A DNA stretch of 64,000 nt from an uncultured Planctomycetia bacterium (GCA_964409365.1 CAYPCX010000003.1:84577-148576); one strand, 5' to 3'. Positions 8,947 to 18,644 are shown, numbered from the stretch's first letter. Numbers and translations are program-made. The notes: generated from the sequence alone by a model not told the origin.

Positions 8947-9069
8947 AGCTCCACGGACTCACGTCCGTGGGTTCTCTCCTTTGCTTTCGCTGAAACGAAA
9001 GCCCGCCGTAGCGGAACTCGCTATCCATCCCCGCACTTACGTATGGGGATTTCCGCGAAGGCGGATTAA
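8944..9069 (-). mobile_element. Non-autonomous IS200/IS605-type miniature element (PATE/MITE-like)
   Basis: Five hairpins in ~125 bp incl. CCACGGAC-TCAC-GTCCGTGG and ATCCCCGCAC-TTAC-GTATGGGGAT; minus strand ends ...CCGTGGAGCTTCA, resembling IS605 right ends; no transposase. Confidence 0.55.
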
Positions 9070-9091
9070 ACTACCCGGCAGGTCGGCACCG

Positions 9092-9652
9092 ATGGACCAC
9101 TGGATCAGGAAATGCGGTATATTCATTCTGGCCGTGCTCGTATACGCGGCGATCTCCGGCTGCGCCAGCACCAAGGCGCATTACGGGTACAAGGTCGACG
9201 GCCAGCAATACGCCTCCTTCAAAGAGCTCGATGACGAGCAATCCCTCAAAATGGTGGTCATGCTTTATAACGTCCCGACGGAAACATATGAGGACAAAAC
9301 AGCCAAGAACATCACTATCACCAAATACATGGAACTTCTCCAAAAGCGGAAGTCCGACTATATCGCCGGTTCCGGCGTATTTGACCTGCAATACGAAAAG
9401 ATAGATCTCAAGGTCTGGCCGGAAGACGACCTCATAAGCGTTTACCGGGCCCTGGCCGAAAAACCGGGAGTGTACGATCATCAAACGACACACGAACTTT
9501 CCGAGAACGACAACGCCACAAAGATCGTCAGGCTTACCGGCATGGAAGAGATCGTCAGGGAGCTCCGCAACAGGCAGAACACCAGACAGGCCTGGAGCAT
9601 CCTCGCGCAGGTCCTGACGATCGCCCTCAATGTGGCGCTCGCCGCTATCTGA
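9092..9652 (+). CDS. Lipoprotein of unknown function (paralog of 7026..7652)
   Basis: Lipobox ISGC; AKNITIT, GSGV, KVWPEDDL, KIVRLT match the 7026 protein; C-terminal hydrophobic helix. Confidence 0.78.
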   Translation: MDHWIRKCGIFILAVLVYAAISGCASTKAHYGYKVDGQQYASFKELDDEQSLKMVVMLYNVPTETYEDKTAKNITITKYMELLQKRKSDYIAGSGVFDLQYEKIDLKVWPEDDLISVYRALAEKPGVYDHQTTHELSENDNATKIVRLTGMEEIVRELRNRQNTRQAWSILAQVLTIALNVALAAI

Positions 9653-9654
9653 CC

Positions 9655-10875
9655 TTACTGTTTTATCTCGCCGGCTTTCTTGAGGGCTCTTTTGATGAAG
9701 AGGGGGCCCAGGAATTCGTTGATGACCGTCGCGGCCACGACGGTGCTTACGAGGAAATTGGAGAATTTGGAAAAGACGGGATCCTGCTCCATGATGAGCG
9801 CCAGGCCCACGACGATCCCTCCGTAAGGGATAAGGCCGCCTATCGTATACTTCTTTACGTTCGGCGAGGCATTTGCCAGCGACGCGCCCACGGCCGTGCC
9901 TCCCCATTTGCCGAGCATCCTGAACACGACGAAAAAAAGCACCAGGAGAAAAGTCGAAGCCAGCACCTTGAGGTCAAGCTGCATCCCGCTCAGCGCGAAG
10001 AACACCAGGAAGATCAATTCCTCCGAATACCTTTCCAGCATCTTGAATATCTTCTCACGGTGGTGGCTGAAATTCGTCACGAATATCCCCATCACCATGA
10101 CCGAGAGGACCTCCTCGACGTGCGCCAGGGTAGCAAGCCCCCAGCAAACGGTTACAAAACTGATAATAAGCACGAACATGATGCCCTCGGTATCACGCAT
10201 AAGGCGCCTGGCGATAAGGTTGAAGATGAACCCCATCGCGCAGCCCAGTACCACAGACCCTGAGATTATGAAACAGGGCACCACGAAAGCGTTGAAAACG
10301 CTGAAATCCTGGTGGGAGACAAGCACTTTCGCTATTACGACCGCGATACTGAAGTTCACTATCCCGAGCACGTCGTCGAACGCGGCGACACCCAGCATGG
10401 TGGACGACACCTCGCCCCGCGCGTTGTACTCATGGGTGACCGCCAGGGCCGCGGAGGGGTCCGTAGGGGACCCGAGGCACCCGAGTATAAGCCCGGCCGG
10501 TATCCACACCCCCAGGTACGTGGCGTTCGGTACGTGCGCGAAAAAGGGGAGCACGGCGACGAACCCCAGCGCGATCGCCAGAAACGCCACTTCGGCCTCA
10601 AAAAAAGTGATGAGAAGCAGACTCCTGCCCATCTTTTTTACTTTCGCGAATTCGATCGTGCCGCCGATGATGAAAGCTATGAAAGCGATAGAGATGATCT
10701 CTATCACGTTGGTCTTGGCGATGATGCTTTTGGGCACGAACGTGCATATTTGCGGGTTAAGCAGGACACCCGCCAGAAGATAACCGAGGATCTTGGGCAT
10801 CTTCAACCGCTGGAATTCCTGTCCCAGGACGAAAGCGAAGAAAAGTATTATGCCCGTTATAAGTATAGCGCTCAC
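9655..10875 (-). CDS. Cation:proton antiporter (Na+/H+ exchanger family)
   Basis: PKILGYLLAGVLL, SPTDP, AFDD motifs, many TM helices; GTG start with AAGGAG SD. Confidence 0.88.
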   Translation of the reverse strand: MSAILITGIILFFAFVLGQEFQRLKMPKILGYLLAGVLLNPQICTFVPKSIIAKTNVIEIISIAFIAFIIGGTIEFAKVKKMGRSLLLITFFEAEVAFLAIALGFVAVLPFFAHVPNATYLGVWIPAGLILGCLGSPTDPSAALAVTHEYNARGEVSSTMLGVAAFDDVLGIVNFSIAVVIAKVLVSHQDFSVFNAFVVPCFIISGSVVLGCAMGFIFNLIARRLMRDTEGIMFVLIISFVTVCWGLATLAHVEEVLSVMVMGIFVTNFSHHREKIFKMLERYSEELIFLVFFALSGMQLDLKVLASTFLLVLFFVVFRMLGKWGGTAVGASLANASPNVKKYTIGGLIPYGGIVVGLALIMEQDPVFSKFSNFLVSTVVAATVINEFLGPLFIKRALKKAGEIKQ

Positions 10876-10886
10876 TTATTTCTCCT

Positions 10887-12266
10887 TTAAAAAGTTACGC
10901 CCACCCGGAAACCCACCACGGTCGCGTTAGGGTAATTGCCCGTGCCTCCCGGGTGTATAATGTACTGGAAATCCGGCTGGATGTAAAAATAAGGCAGTAT
11001 CACGGCCCTGTACGTCAATTCCAGCACAAGTTCGTACTCCTGCGGGTCCTGTGTAGAGCCGCCCGTGATATCGCGCACGTCAGCCTGTACGCGGCGCCGG
11101 TCACGGCTAAAAATGCCGTAAGCGGTGCCGAAAGCCGCGATATCATCATCCCGGCCCGGTATGGGGCCCTTGTAGAATATGCCGCCGTCCGCGAAGAACG
11201 GGTACTGGTTAAGGCTTTCCGGGCCGAACGTGGCGACCGCGAAAACGGTAAGCCCCTGGTCGCTCCCCGGGCCGCCTTCACGGTAGATCATCTGGTCGGC
11301 GTGGCAGTAGAAGTTGTAATTACCTACGTGCTTGGCGGGGTCGAGCCCGGAGATCACGTGCGAGTTCCCGTTCCTATCGTACAGAAACTCCCGGGTCACG
11401 CCGCTGTGGTAATAGACGCCTGCCTTGTAATGCCCGGGCATGCCTTCGGATCCTTTGGCATAATTGGGCGTAAAAGCGATCTCATGCGCCGTACCGAACC
11501 CTCTCTGCAGGCGCATGCTGAAATCCAATCCGTGAGCGGAATCGCGCCCCACGCGCGGGTCGGCGATATATATGCCGTGCGTGGAATAGAAGAGGTCAGA
11601 ATACTCGATCCTCGCGCGCATGCCCCATATGGCCGTGGGATAGGTGATGAAGGGCAGGTTAACGGGCAAACTTACGGGGTTGCCGTCTATCGAGTTCTGC
11701 ATATATATCCAGTAGATGGGGTCCGCGGCAAAATCGTCGCCGGGGCTTATGCGCCCGATCCTGAAATGCACCTTATCGTCGAAAAGCGCCTGGTCAAAGT
11801 AAAGCCCGTAGAACTTGAGCTCTTCCGACCCGTAGATACTGGTGACGGTAAAAACGTTGCCGATCTTTTTCTGCGAGAGGTTGACGCCGTTACGCCAGAG
11901 GCCGGACACATGGAACTGTAGCCCTTTCCAGCCGACAAGCTTTTCCAGGTCGTAGTTGATATCCAGGCCCCAGGAATGGTTATACCCGACACCCTGCACG
12001 TGCCCGCCGCTCGGGTTACCCTGAAAATCGGCCACGTAAGAACTGGTGACCGTCACGCCGCCGTCAGCGAGCTTGTCACGCATCCCGCCCCAGTTGCCCG
12101 TGAAATACGGTTCGGTAACGGGAGGGGGGAACCAGGGGGAGGCGGTCGCCGGTTTCTGCCTCGCCCGGGTTATGGCATCGGAAAAACTCAACGGAACGAA
12201 CGGGGCCAAAACAAAAAAGACCAAAAAGAAAGAAATGAAAATAGTTTTTTTAAAAGATATTTTCAT
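10887..12266 (-). CDS. oprB: Carbohydrate-selective porin, OprB family
   Basis: TGNWGGMRDKLADGG start of barrel, QPDFQYIIHPGG, C-terminal Phe; signal peptide. Confidence 0.88.
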   Translation of the reverse strand: MKISFKKTIFISFFLVFFVLAPFVPLSFSDAITRARQKPATASPWFPPPVTEPYFTGNWGGMRDKLADGGVTVTSSYVADFQGNPSGGHVQGVGYNHSWGLDINYDLEKLVGWKGLQFHVSGLWRNGVNLSQKKIGNVFTVTSIYGSEELKFYGLYFDQALFDDKVHFRIGRISPGDDFAADPIYWIYMQNSIDGNPVSLPVNLPFITYPTAIWGMRARIEYSDLFYSTHGIYIADPRVGRDSAHGLDFSMRLQRGFGTAHEIAFTPNYAKGSEGMPGHYKAGVYYHSGVTREFLYDRNGNSHVISGLDPAKHVGNYNFYCHADQMIYREGGPGSDQGLTVFAVATFGPESLNQYPFFADGGIFYKGPIPGRDDDIAAFGTAYGIFSRDRRRVQADVRDITGGSTQDPQEYELVLELTYRAVILPYFYIQPDFQYIIHPGGTGNYPNATVVGFRVGVTF

Positions 12267-12351
12267 CGCGCCCCCTTTTCAGGTATATTTTATATAAGTA
12301 TACTGTTATTAAAGGCAAAGACAAGTGGGCCGAAACGTAAAGGAAGCTTAA

Positions 12352-13851
12352 TTGCGCACAAGAGGTAACGGACTCCTTTTCCATATAACTTCACTTCCCG
12401 CGCCTTACGGTATAGGCGATATGGGGCCTGAAGCTCACAAATTCGTCGACATCCTCGCGGAAGCAAAACAGAAATACTGGCAGATACTTCCGCTCAACTT
12501 TCCCATAGCGTCGAACGGGTACTCGCCGTACTTCAGCGATTCGGCCTTCGCGGGGAACCATCTCCTGCTCAGCCCGGACCTGCTTATAGAGGAAGGGCTC
12601 CTTCTTTTGGAAGATATCCCGCCCGTGCCGGGAGCCGACCCCGGGGAAGTCGACTATGACGGCGTGACGAAGCACAAGAAGCTCATCCTCGATAAAGCCT
12701 TCGAACGTTTCCGGAAAAAAGACCAAAAAAACGATTATGACGATTTCTGCCGCGGGCAATCGGGCTGGCTTAACGACTTCGCCCTTTTTGCCGCCATAAA
12801 GGAAGAGCAGAAGGGCAAGATATGGCATGACTGGCCCGCCTCCCTGAGGGACAGGCACCCGGAAGCCCTGGAAGAGGCGGGAAAGCGTCTTGCCGGAAAG
12901 ATCGACCGGCAAAAGTTCATCCAGCACATGGTCTTCAAACAATGGTCCTCCCTGAAATCGTACGCAAACGGAAGAGGCATAAAGATAATAGGCGATATAC
13001 CTATATACGTGAGTTACGACAGCGCCGACGTGTGGGTCGCCCCGCACATATTCAAGCTGGACAAGCGCAAAAGGCCCATGGCCGTCTCCGGAGTGCCGCC
13101 CGACTATTTCAGCGCGACCGGACAATTGTGGAACAACCCCGTCTACAGGTGGGACGTGCTGAAAGATACAAGATACGATTGGTGGATAGAACGCCTTTCG
13201 CACACCTTCAGCTGCGTCGACATACTGCGCATAGACCATTTCAGGGGGCTCGTCCAGTACTGGGAAGTCCCCGCGGGGGAGGAGACCGCGATGAACGGTA
13301 AGTGGGAGGACGTACCGACCTACGATTTCTTCGACACGCTGCTCGGGCACTTCAAGGATTTCCCCGTTATCGTGGAAGACCTGGGCCTCATAACGCCCGA
13401 CGTGAAGGAGGCCATGGACCATTACGGTTTCCCGGGCATGCGGGTCCTGCAGTTCGCTTTCGGCGAGGACAAACCGGACCACCCGTACCTCCCGCAGAAT
13501 TACGTAAAGAACTGCGTGGCATACACCGGCACGCACGACAATAACACGCTGATGGGCTGGCTGCGGGAAGAAGCCACACCCGATGTAACGCACAGGGTGC
13601 TGGATTTTCTGGGAGAACGGAAAATAAGCCCCGGTATCAACTGGAAAATAATAACCCGGCTCATGGGATCCGTTGCCGACACCACCGTCATACCCGTACA
13701 GGACATACTTGCCCTCGGCAGCGAAGCGAGAATGAACCAGCCCCGCGAGACCTTCGGCAACTGGAAGTGGCGCCTTCTTCCCGGACAGTTCACGAAGGAA
13801 CACGCAGGGAAGCTTCGCGGGATAACCGAAACAACCGAAAGGAGCAGATAA
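12352..13851 (+). CDS. malQ: 4-alpha-glucanotransferase (amylomaltase, GH77)
   Basis: GVPPDYFSATGQLW, RIDHFRG, VEDLG, YTGTHDNNT; TTG start. Confidence 0.95.
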   Translation: MRTRGNGLLFHITSLPAPYGIGDMGPEAHKFVDILAEAKQKYWQILPLNFPIASNGYSPYFSDSAFAGNHLLLSPDLLIEEGLLLLEDIPPVPGADPGEVDYDGVTKHKKLILDKAFERFRKKDQKNDYDDFCRGQSGWLNDFALFAAIKEEQKGKIWHDWPASLRDRHPEALEEAGKRLAGKIDRQKFIQHMVFKQWSSLKSYANGRGIKIIGDIPIYVSYDSADVWVAPHIFKLDKRKRPMAVSGVPPDYFSATGQLWNNPVYRWDVLKDTRYDWWIERLSHTFSCVDILRIDHFRGLVQYWEVPAGEETAMNGKWEDVPTYDFFDTLLGHFKDFPVIVEDLGLITPDVKEAMDHYGFPGMRVLQFAFGEDKPDHPYLPQNYVKNCVAYTGTHDNNTLMGWLREEATPDVTHRVLDFLGERKISPGINWKIITRLMGSVADTTVIPVQDILALGSEARMNQPRETFGNWKWRLLPGQFTKEHAGKLRGITETTERSR

Positions 13852-15287
13852 TGGTCAAGCCGCGCCTCAGTATATGGCAGATCATGAACATGAGCATAGG
13901 GTTCATGGGGATACAGTTCGGCTGGGGACTGCAGATGGCGAACATGAGCGCCATCTACGAATACCTGGGGGCCCAGCCCGATAAGATACCCATACTGTGG
14001 CTGGCCGCCCCGCTGACGGGCCTTTTGGTCCAGCCGTTCATAGGGCACATGAGCGACTACACGTGGTGCAGGTTCGGCAGGAGACGCCCGTATTTCCTCG
14101 TGGGGGCCATCCTGGCGTCGTGTTCATTGTTCTTCATGCCTTATTCCGGGACACTCCTCATGGCCGCCGGCCTGCTCTGGGTGCTGGACGCTTCCGTTAA
14201 CGTGAGCATGGAACCCTTCCGGGCTTTCGTGGCGGACCTCCTGCCGGAAGAGCAGAGGACGTTCGGTTTTACCATGCAAGGCATGTTCATCGGGATAGGG
14301 GCCGTCACGGCTTCCGCTTTCCCGTGGCTCCTGGAGAACGTCTTCGGTTTCAGCGCTAAAGGCGGGCCGCACCCGCATGCGGCCGTCATTCCGGCGCACG
14401 GCGCGGTACACCATATACAAAAAGCGATCCCCGCGGTCCAGCAGGCCGCACACAACGTGATACCCGACATCGTACGGATATCGTTCCACGTGGGAGCGGC
14501 CGTGTTCATCGGCGCCGTCCTCTGGACCGTCTTCACTACAAAGGAATATCCCCCCGTGGACCTGGAAGCTTTCAAAAAGAGAAAAGCCGAAAAAGGAGGG
14601 CTCGGCAAGGCCGCCAGAGAGATATTCCGTGACCTTCTTCGTATGCCGCCCACGATGAAGGAACTCGCGTGGGTCCAGGTGTTCTCGTGGATGGGCCTTT
14701 TCTGCATGTTCATTTATTTCCCCGTCACGGTCGCGAACAACATCTTCGGCGCCAAAGAAGGAAGCGACCTTTACCTGAAAGGCATCGAATGGGCGGGGAT
14801 CTGTTTCGCCACGTATAATGCGGTATGTTTTTTCGTTTCTCTTGTCCTGGCAAAAGTCGCCGGGAAGATCACCCGCAAATACACGCACATGATCGCGCTG
14901 TTATGCGGCAGCGCCGGCCTTATAGGCATAACCGCTGTCCACGACAAGAACATGCTGCTCCTTTTGATGATAGGCGTCGGTATCGCCTGGGCGAGCATAC
15001 TCGCGATGCCGTACGCGATACTGTCAACGGCCATACCCAAAGAGAAAATGGGCGTTTATATGGGGATATTCAACTTTTTCATCACGATACCGCAGATAAT
15101 CGTCTCGCTGGGGCTCGGCTGGGTCATGTTCCACTTCCTGGGCAACAACCGTCTTTACGGCGTCGTGATAGGGGGCTGCTGCTTTATCCTCGCCGCCCTG
15201 CTCATGTTGAGGGTAAGGGACAGGGGAGCCGAAAGGGAACGCGGCCATCCGCCGTCCTGGATCGCCCCGAGCGAGAACAACGAATAG
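13851..15287 (+). CDS. MFS maltose/sucrose-type transporter (SLC45/MalT-like)
   Basis: IWQIMNMSIGFMGIQFGWGLQ, GRRRPY, MEPFRAFVADLL, GVYMGIFNFFITIPQI; coupled to malQ (TAATG). Confidence 0.9.
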   Translation: MVKPRLSIWQIMNMSIGFMGIQFGWGLQMANMSAIYEYLGAQPDKIPILWLAAPLTGLLVQPFIGHMSDYTWCRFGRRRPYFLVGAILASCSLFFMPYSGTLLMAAGLLWVLDASVNVSMEPFRAFVADLLPEEQRTFGFTMQGMFIGIGAVTASAFPWLLENVFGFSAKGGPHPHAAVIPAHGAVHHIQKAIPAVQQAAHNVIPDIVRISFHVGAAVFIGAVLWTVFTTKEYPPVDLEAFKKRKAEKGGLGKAAREIFRDLLRMPPTMKELAWVQVFSWMGLFCMFIYFPVTVANNIFGAKEGSDLYLKGIEWAGICFATYNAVCFFVSLVLAKVAGKITRKYTHMIALLCGSAGLIGITAVHDKNMLLLLMIGVGIAWASILAMPYAILSTAIPKEKMGVYMGIFNFFITIPQIIVSLGLGWVMFHFLGNNRLYGVVIGGCCFILAALLMLRVRDRGAERERGHPPSWIAPSENNE

Positions 15288-15297
15288 AAATAGGCAA

Positions 15298-15334
15298 CAC
15301 ACCGGGAGAGGCACGAAGTGCCTCTCCCGGTGTG
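15298..15334. repeat. Perfect 17-bp hairpin with GAA loop (REP-like)
   Basis: CACACCGGGAGAGGCAC-GAA-GTGCCTCTCCCGGTGTG; no U tract. Confidence 0.75.
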
Positions 15335-15345
15335 AAAGTAATATT

Positions 15346-16263
15346 ATGAAAACGCCCATAAAGATTTTACTCATTATAGCCCTGGTGGCCGCTCTTTTTG
15401 TCGGCGGCATCGCCCTGGCCATATTTTCCCTGACCCGCCGGATCGACAGGTCCGAACTATGGCTCTATGACCTCGACACCGGACAGACGGTACGCTTAAC
15501 GGGGTCCGGCTCCAACGTCACTCCCGCTTTTTCGCCGGACGGCAAATTCCTGGTATACGCCCACAGGATCCCCGCATCCCGCGGCAAGGCGGCCTCATCC
15601 ACGATCGAGATGCTGACGCTCGAAAAGGGCGCGGAAAACACCATCATCGATAACGGCGGCTACAACTACAGCCCCACCTGGAGCCCTGACATGAGATCGA
15701 TCTACTACGCTTCCGACCATGGCGGCCAACGGGACATATGGGAACTCGAACTTGAAACCGCGGTCTCAAAAAAGATCACCGACGACAAGGCTTCCGAAAG
15801 GGAACCCCGCCTCTCCCGCGACGGAAAATGGATACTTTTTACACAGCGGGCCGAGACCGGGGGGATCGATGAGATCCATATCATCCCGTCAGGGGGAGGG
15901 GATAAAATACGCCTTACAGAGACAAAGAACATATTACAGATGCCCAAATCCCCGGCGTGGCTGCCCGATTCCAAGGGAATAGCTTTTTTTCGCCTGGTCG
16001 AGATCGCGATCATGGACCTTGAGGGCAACATAAAAGGGGTCATCAGTCTTGCCGGCCTCAACAATCTCGACGAACTCCGGTTCAACCCCACGCGGCCCGA
16101 GATCATATTCAAGGGCCGGCCCGCGAGGGAACTGTCTTTCCAGTTCTACTTGTATTCATTCACGTTCGAGAACAACGAGCTGCGTCCCGTCCGCAAATCC
16201 GGTTTCGTGGAGACCGGCTACACCTTCTCGCCGGACGGCCGCCAGATCGTTTTTTCGAAGTAA
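15346..16263 (+). CDS. TolB-like PD40 beta-propeller protein, N-terminally anchored
   Basis: Repeated PAFSPDGK, PTWSPD, PRLSRDGK, PAWLPD, FSPDGR. Confidence 0.85.
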   Translation: MKTPIKILLIIALVAALFVGGIALAIFSLTRRIDRSELWLYDLDTGQTVRLTGSGSNVTPAFSPDGKFLVYAHRIPASRGKAASSTIEMLTLEKGAENTIIDNGGYNYSPTWSPDMRSIYYASDHGGQRDIWELELETAVSKKITDDKASEREPRLSRDGKWILFTQRAETGGIDEIHIIPSGGGDKIRLTETKNILQMPKSPAWLPDSKGIAFFRLVEIAIMDLEGNIKGVISLAGLNNLDELRFNPTRPEIIFKGRPARELSFQFYLYSFTFENNELRPVRKSGFVETGYTFSPDGRQIVFSK

Positions 16264-16281
16264 CGAACAAAAGGAGCGAAA

Positions 16282-16668
16282 ATGGAGACATCGGTGTTTT
16301 TGGCAAAACTTCTCGGGCCGTATTTCGTCATCGTTGGGATAGGGGTGCTGGCGAACCTCAAGTACTACCAGGGCATGATAACGGATTTCATGGAGAACAA
16401 GGCAATGCTTTACCTGGGCGGGGTGATGGCGCTGCTTTTCGGCCTTATCATCGTCCTCTTCCACAACTACTGGGCGCTCAACTGGGCCGTGATCATCACT
16501 ATCATGGGCTGGCTGGGCATCTTGAAAGGCATCGCGCTGATCGTGTGTCCGGGCGCCATGATGAAACTGTCCAGAGCGTATATCGAAAATATGTTACCGC
16601 TCGCGACCAACCTGACGGTCATAATCATCCTCGGGGCGGTGCTGTGTTACATGGGCTATTTCGCCTGA
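16282..16668 (+). CDS. Small integral membrane protein, unknown function
   Basis: Four hydrophobic helices, HNYW motif, AAGGAG SD. Confidence 0.75.
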   Translation: METSVFLAKLLGPYFVIVGIGVLANLKYYQGMITDFMENKAMLYLGGVMALLFGLIIVLFHNYWALNWAVIITIMGWLGILKGIALIVCPGAMMKLSRAYIENMLPLATNLTVIIILGAVLCYMGYFA

Positions 16669-16672
16669 AAAG

Positions 16673-18514
16673 TCATTCGCGTTTTCGCTCGGCGAGCAGA
16701 ACGGCGTTCTTGAGATCAAGCTCGTTCGCCGCCTGCATCCATTCGTCCTCGAAATAAGGGTTCTGGGCGATCTGGGCGATGGCGGCCATTATCTTCAGTT
16801 TCATCTCCTCCTTACCGGGGGAGGTGACGATAACGAAGACGGCATGCGCGACACTGTCGTCGAGGAAGATGATCCCCGACCTGGCCCTGACCATGATAAG
16901 CTTAAGAACGTCCCTCTCCAGTTCGATGTGGGGGATAGCGAGGCCTTTCTCCAGGTACGTGCTCGACTGTTTTTCCCGTTCCAGGAGCAGCCCGGCCAAT
17001 TTCCCGGGTTCCGCGCCGAGTCCGGACGACACCAGGCCCGCCAGTCTGCCGAAAAAATCCTCCACGTCGAGAGGCTCCTTTATTTCCATGAAAGTACTGG
17101 TCTTCACCAGCTCATGGAACTTATCCACGGCAAGCTGGTCCCTCTGCATCACTATCTTCCGCAGTTCCGAAAGGATGTCTTCCTGCGTGCTCAGTTCTTT
17201 GCTCCGGGATATCATCCTCTCCATGAAAAAGAAGAGCGCCGAGTTCTTCACGACCCTTTTTTGCACGTAATACCTGTACCACAGGGCGCAGACGACGACG
17301 AACATCATGGTCAGCGCTATGTAAAAATCGCCCATACCGACGAGCAGGAGAATGCCGCCCATCACGCCGATGATCTGCATGTACGGGTAGAGGGGGGCGA
17401 CGAACTTGGGCTTATAGCTGGCGATCTTGCTTTCCCTGAAGAGCATTATGGTAAGATTGGCGAAAATATAGAGCAGTATGAGTATTGCCGATGCCACCTC
17501 GACCAGGATATCGAGTTTGATGAAGATCACCATCGCCATGAAGCCCCCGGTGAAAAGGACCGCTATGTACGGCACCCTGAACCTCTTGCTGATCCTCTGG
17601 AACGATTCGGGGAGCAGTCCGTCCCTGCTCATGCCGAACGGGTACCGCGAGGCGGTCATGAGGCCGGAATTCACGGTCGTGAGGAACGCCAGGAACGCCG
17701 CCACGCCTATCGCGATCTGGAACGCCCCGCCGCCGATAACGACGGAACAGTCGGATACGGGAGTAAGCGACTTCTGGAGGACGTTCGCCTTAAGGACCCC
17801 GACTGTGATAAAAACGGTAAACGCATAAAGCACGGAGGTTATGATAAGCGCCCAAAAGATACCGGCCGGGAGGTTCTTCTGGGGGTTTTTCACTTCTTCG
17901 GCCACGGCCACGATGGTGGTAAGGCCGCCGTAAGAGATAAAAACGAAACTCGCCGTGGTAAAAGCGGCGGTGTGCCCCTTGCTGAAAAAAGGCGTAAAAT
18001 GCGTCAGGTCCACCAGTTTCATCCCCCAGGCGATATACAGGATAAGTATGGCGATAAGCCCCGCTACCATGACCAGCTGAAAACGCGCCGCTTCCTTGAC
18101 ACCGACCAGGTTCAGAAGAATAAAGAATATACAGAAAAGAAAAGCGATGAGACTCAGGGGCATCCCGACTATCTTCGTAAGGTAGGCCCCGATACCTATC
18201 AGGGCGAAAGCGCTTTTCATGCTGAGGGAGAACCAGGTGCTGAACCCCGCGATCGTCCCTATGGAAGGCCCGAAACCCCGCATGATATAAAAATAGTCAC
18301 CGCCGGCCTTGGGCATGGCGGTAATAAGTTCGGACATGCTGAACACGGTAGGGACGCACAAAAGCCCGGCTATGATGTAGGAGAGTATCACCGACGGTCC
18401 CGCCTTGCCGAAAGCCATGCCCGGGAGGATGAAAAGGCCGGAACTTATCATCGCCCCGGAAGCTATACAAAAAACATGCCAGAATCCCAGGTCTTTCTTC
18501 AATTCCATCTGCAT
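16673..18514 (-). CDS. APC-family amino acid permease fused to C-terminal PTS EIIA(Ntr/Fru)-like domain
   Basis: GAMISSGLFILPG, AMPKAGGDY, AEEVKNP; C-terminal EREKQSSTYLEKGLAIPH. Confidence 0.88.
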   Translation of the reverse strand: MQMELKKDLGFWHVFCIASGAMISSGLFILPGMAFGKAGPSVILSYIIAGLLCVPTVFSMSELITAMPKAGGDYFYIMRGFGPSIGTIAGFSTWFSLSMKSAFALIGIGAYLTKIVGMPLSLIAFLFCIFFILLNLVGVKEAARFQLVMVAGLIAILILYIAWGMKLVDLTHFTPFFSKGHTAAFTTASFVFISYGGLTTIVAVAEEVKNPQKNLPAGIFWALIITSVLYAFTVFITVGVLKANVLQKSLTPVSDCSVVIGGGAFQIAIGVAAFLAFLTTVNSGLMTASRYPFGMSRDGLLPESFQRISKRFRVPYIAVLFTGGFMAMVIFIKLDILVEVASAILILLYIFANLTIMLFRESKIASYKPKFVAPLYPYMQIIGVMGGILLLVGMGDFYIALTMMFVVVCALWYRYYVQKRVVKNSALFFFMERMISRSKELSTQEDILSELRKIVMQRDQLAVDKFHELVKTSTFMEIKEPLDVEDFFGRLAGLVSSGLGAEPGKLAGLLLEREKQSSTYLEKGLAIPHIELERDVLKLIMVRARSGIIFLDDSVAHAVFVIVTSPGKEEMKLKIMAAIAQIAQNPYFEDEWMQAANELDLKNAVLLAERKRE

Positions 18515-18644
18515 GATCCTTGCCCCCTTGAAAACGTCATTTTTTCAAGTATACCTAAAACATCATTTATAGCAAATAATGTTGGCAAAAGAGCTCATTT
18601 AAAAGTAAAATAATATAAATGGAAATAAAGAAAAGGGGGGAATA

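Noticed and set aside
8981-9091. N-terminal extension of the second lipoprotein in the ORF track
   Set aside because: Derives from the hairpin element; the lipoprotein signal starts at ATG 9092
9896-11921. Long plus-strand ORFs opposite the antiporter and oprB
   Set aside because: Antisense shadow ORFs expected from GC-rich codon usage; no motifs
12391-13803. 470-aa minus-strand ORF
   Set aside because: Antisense shadow of malQ
16844-18613. 589-aa plus-strand ORF
   Set aside because: Antisense shadow of the APC permease
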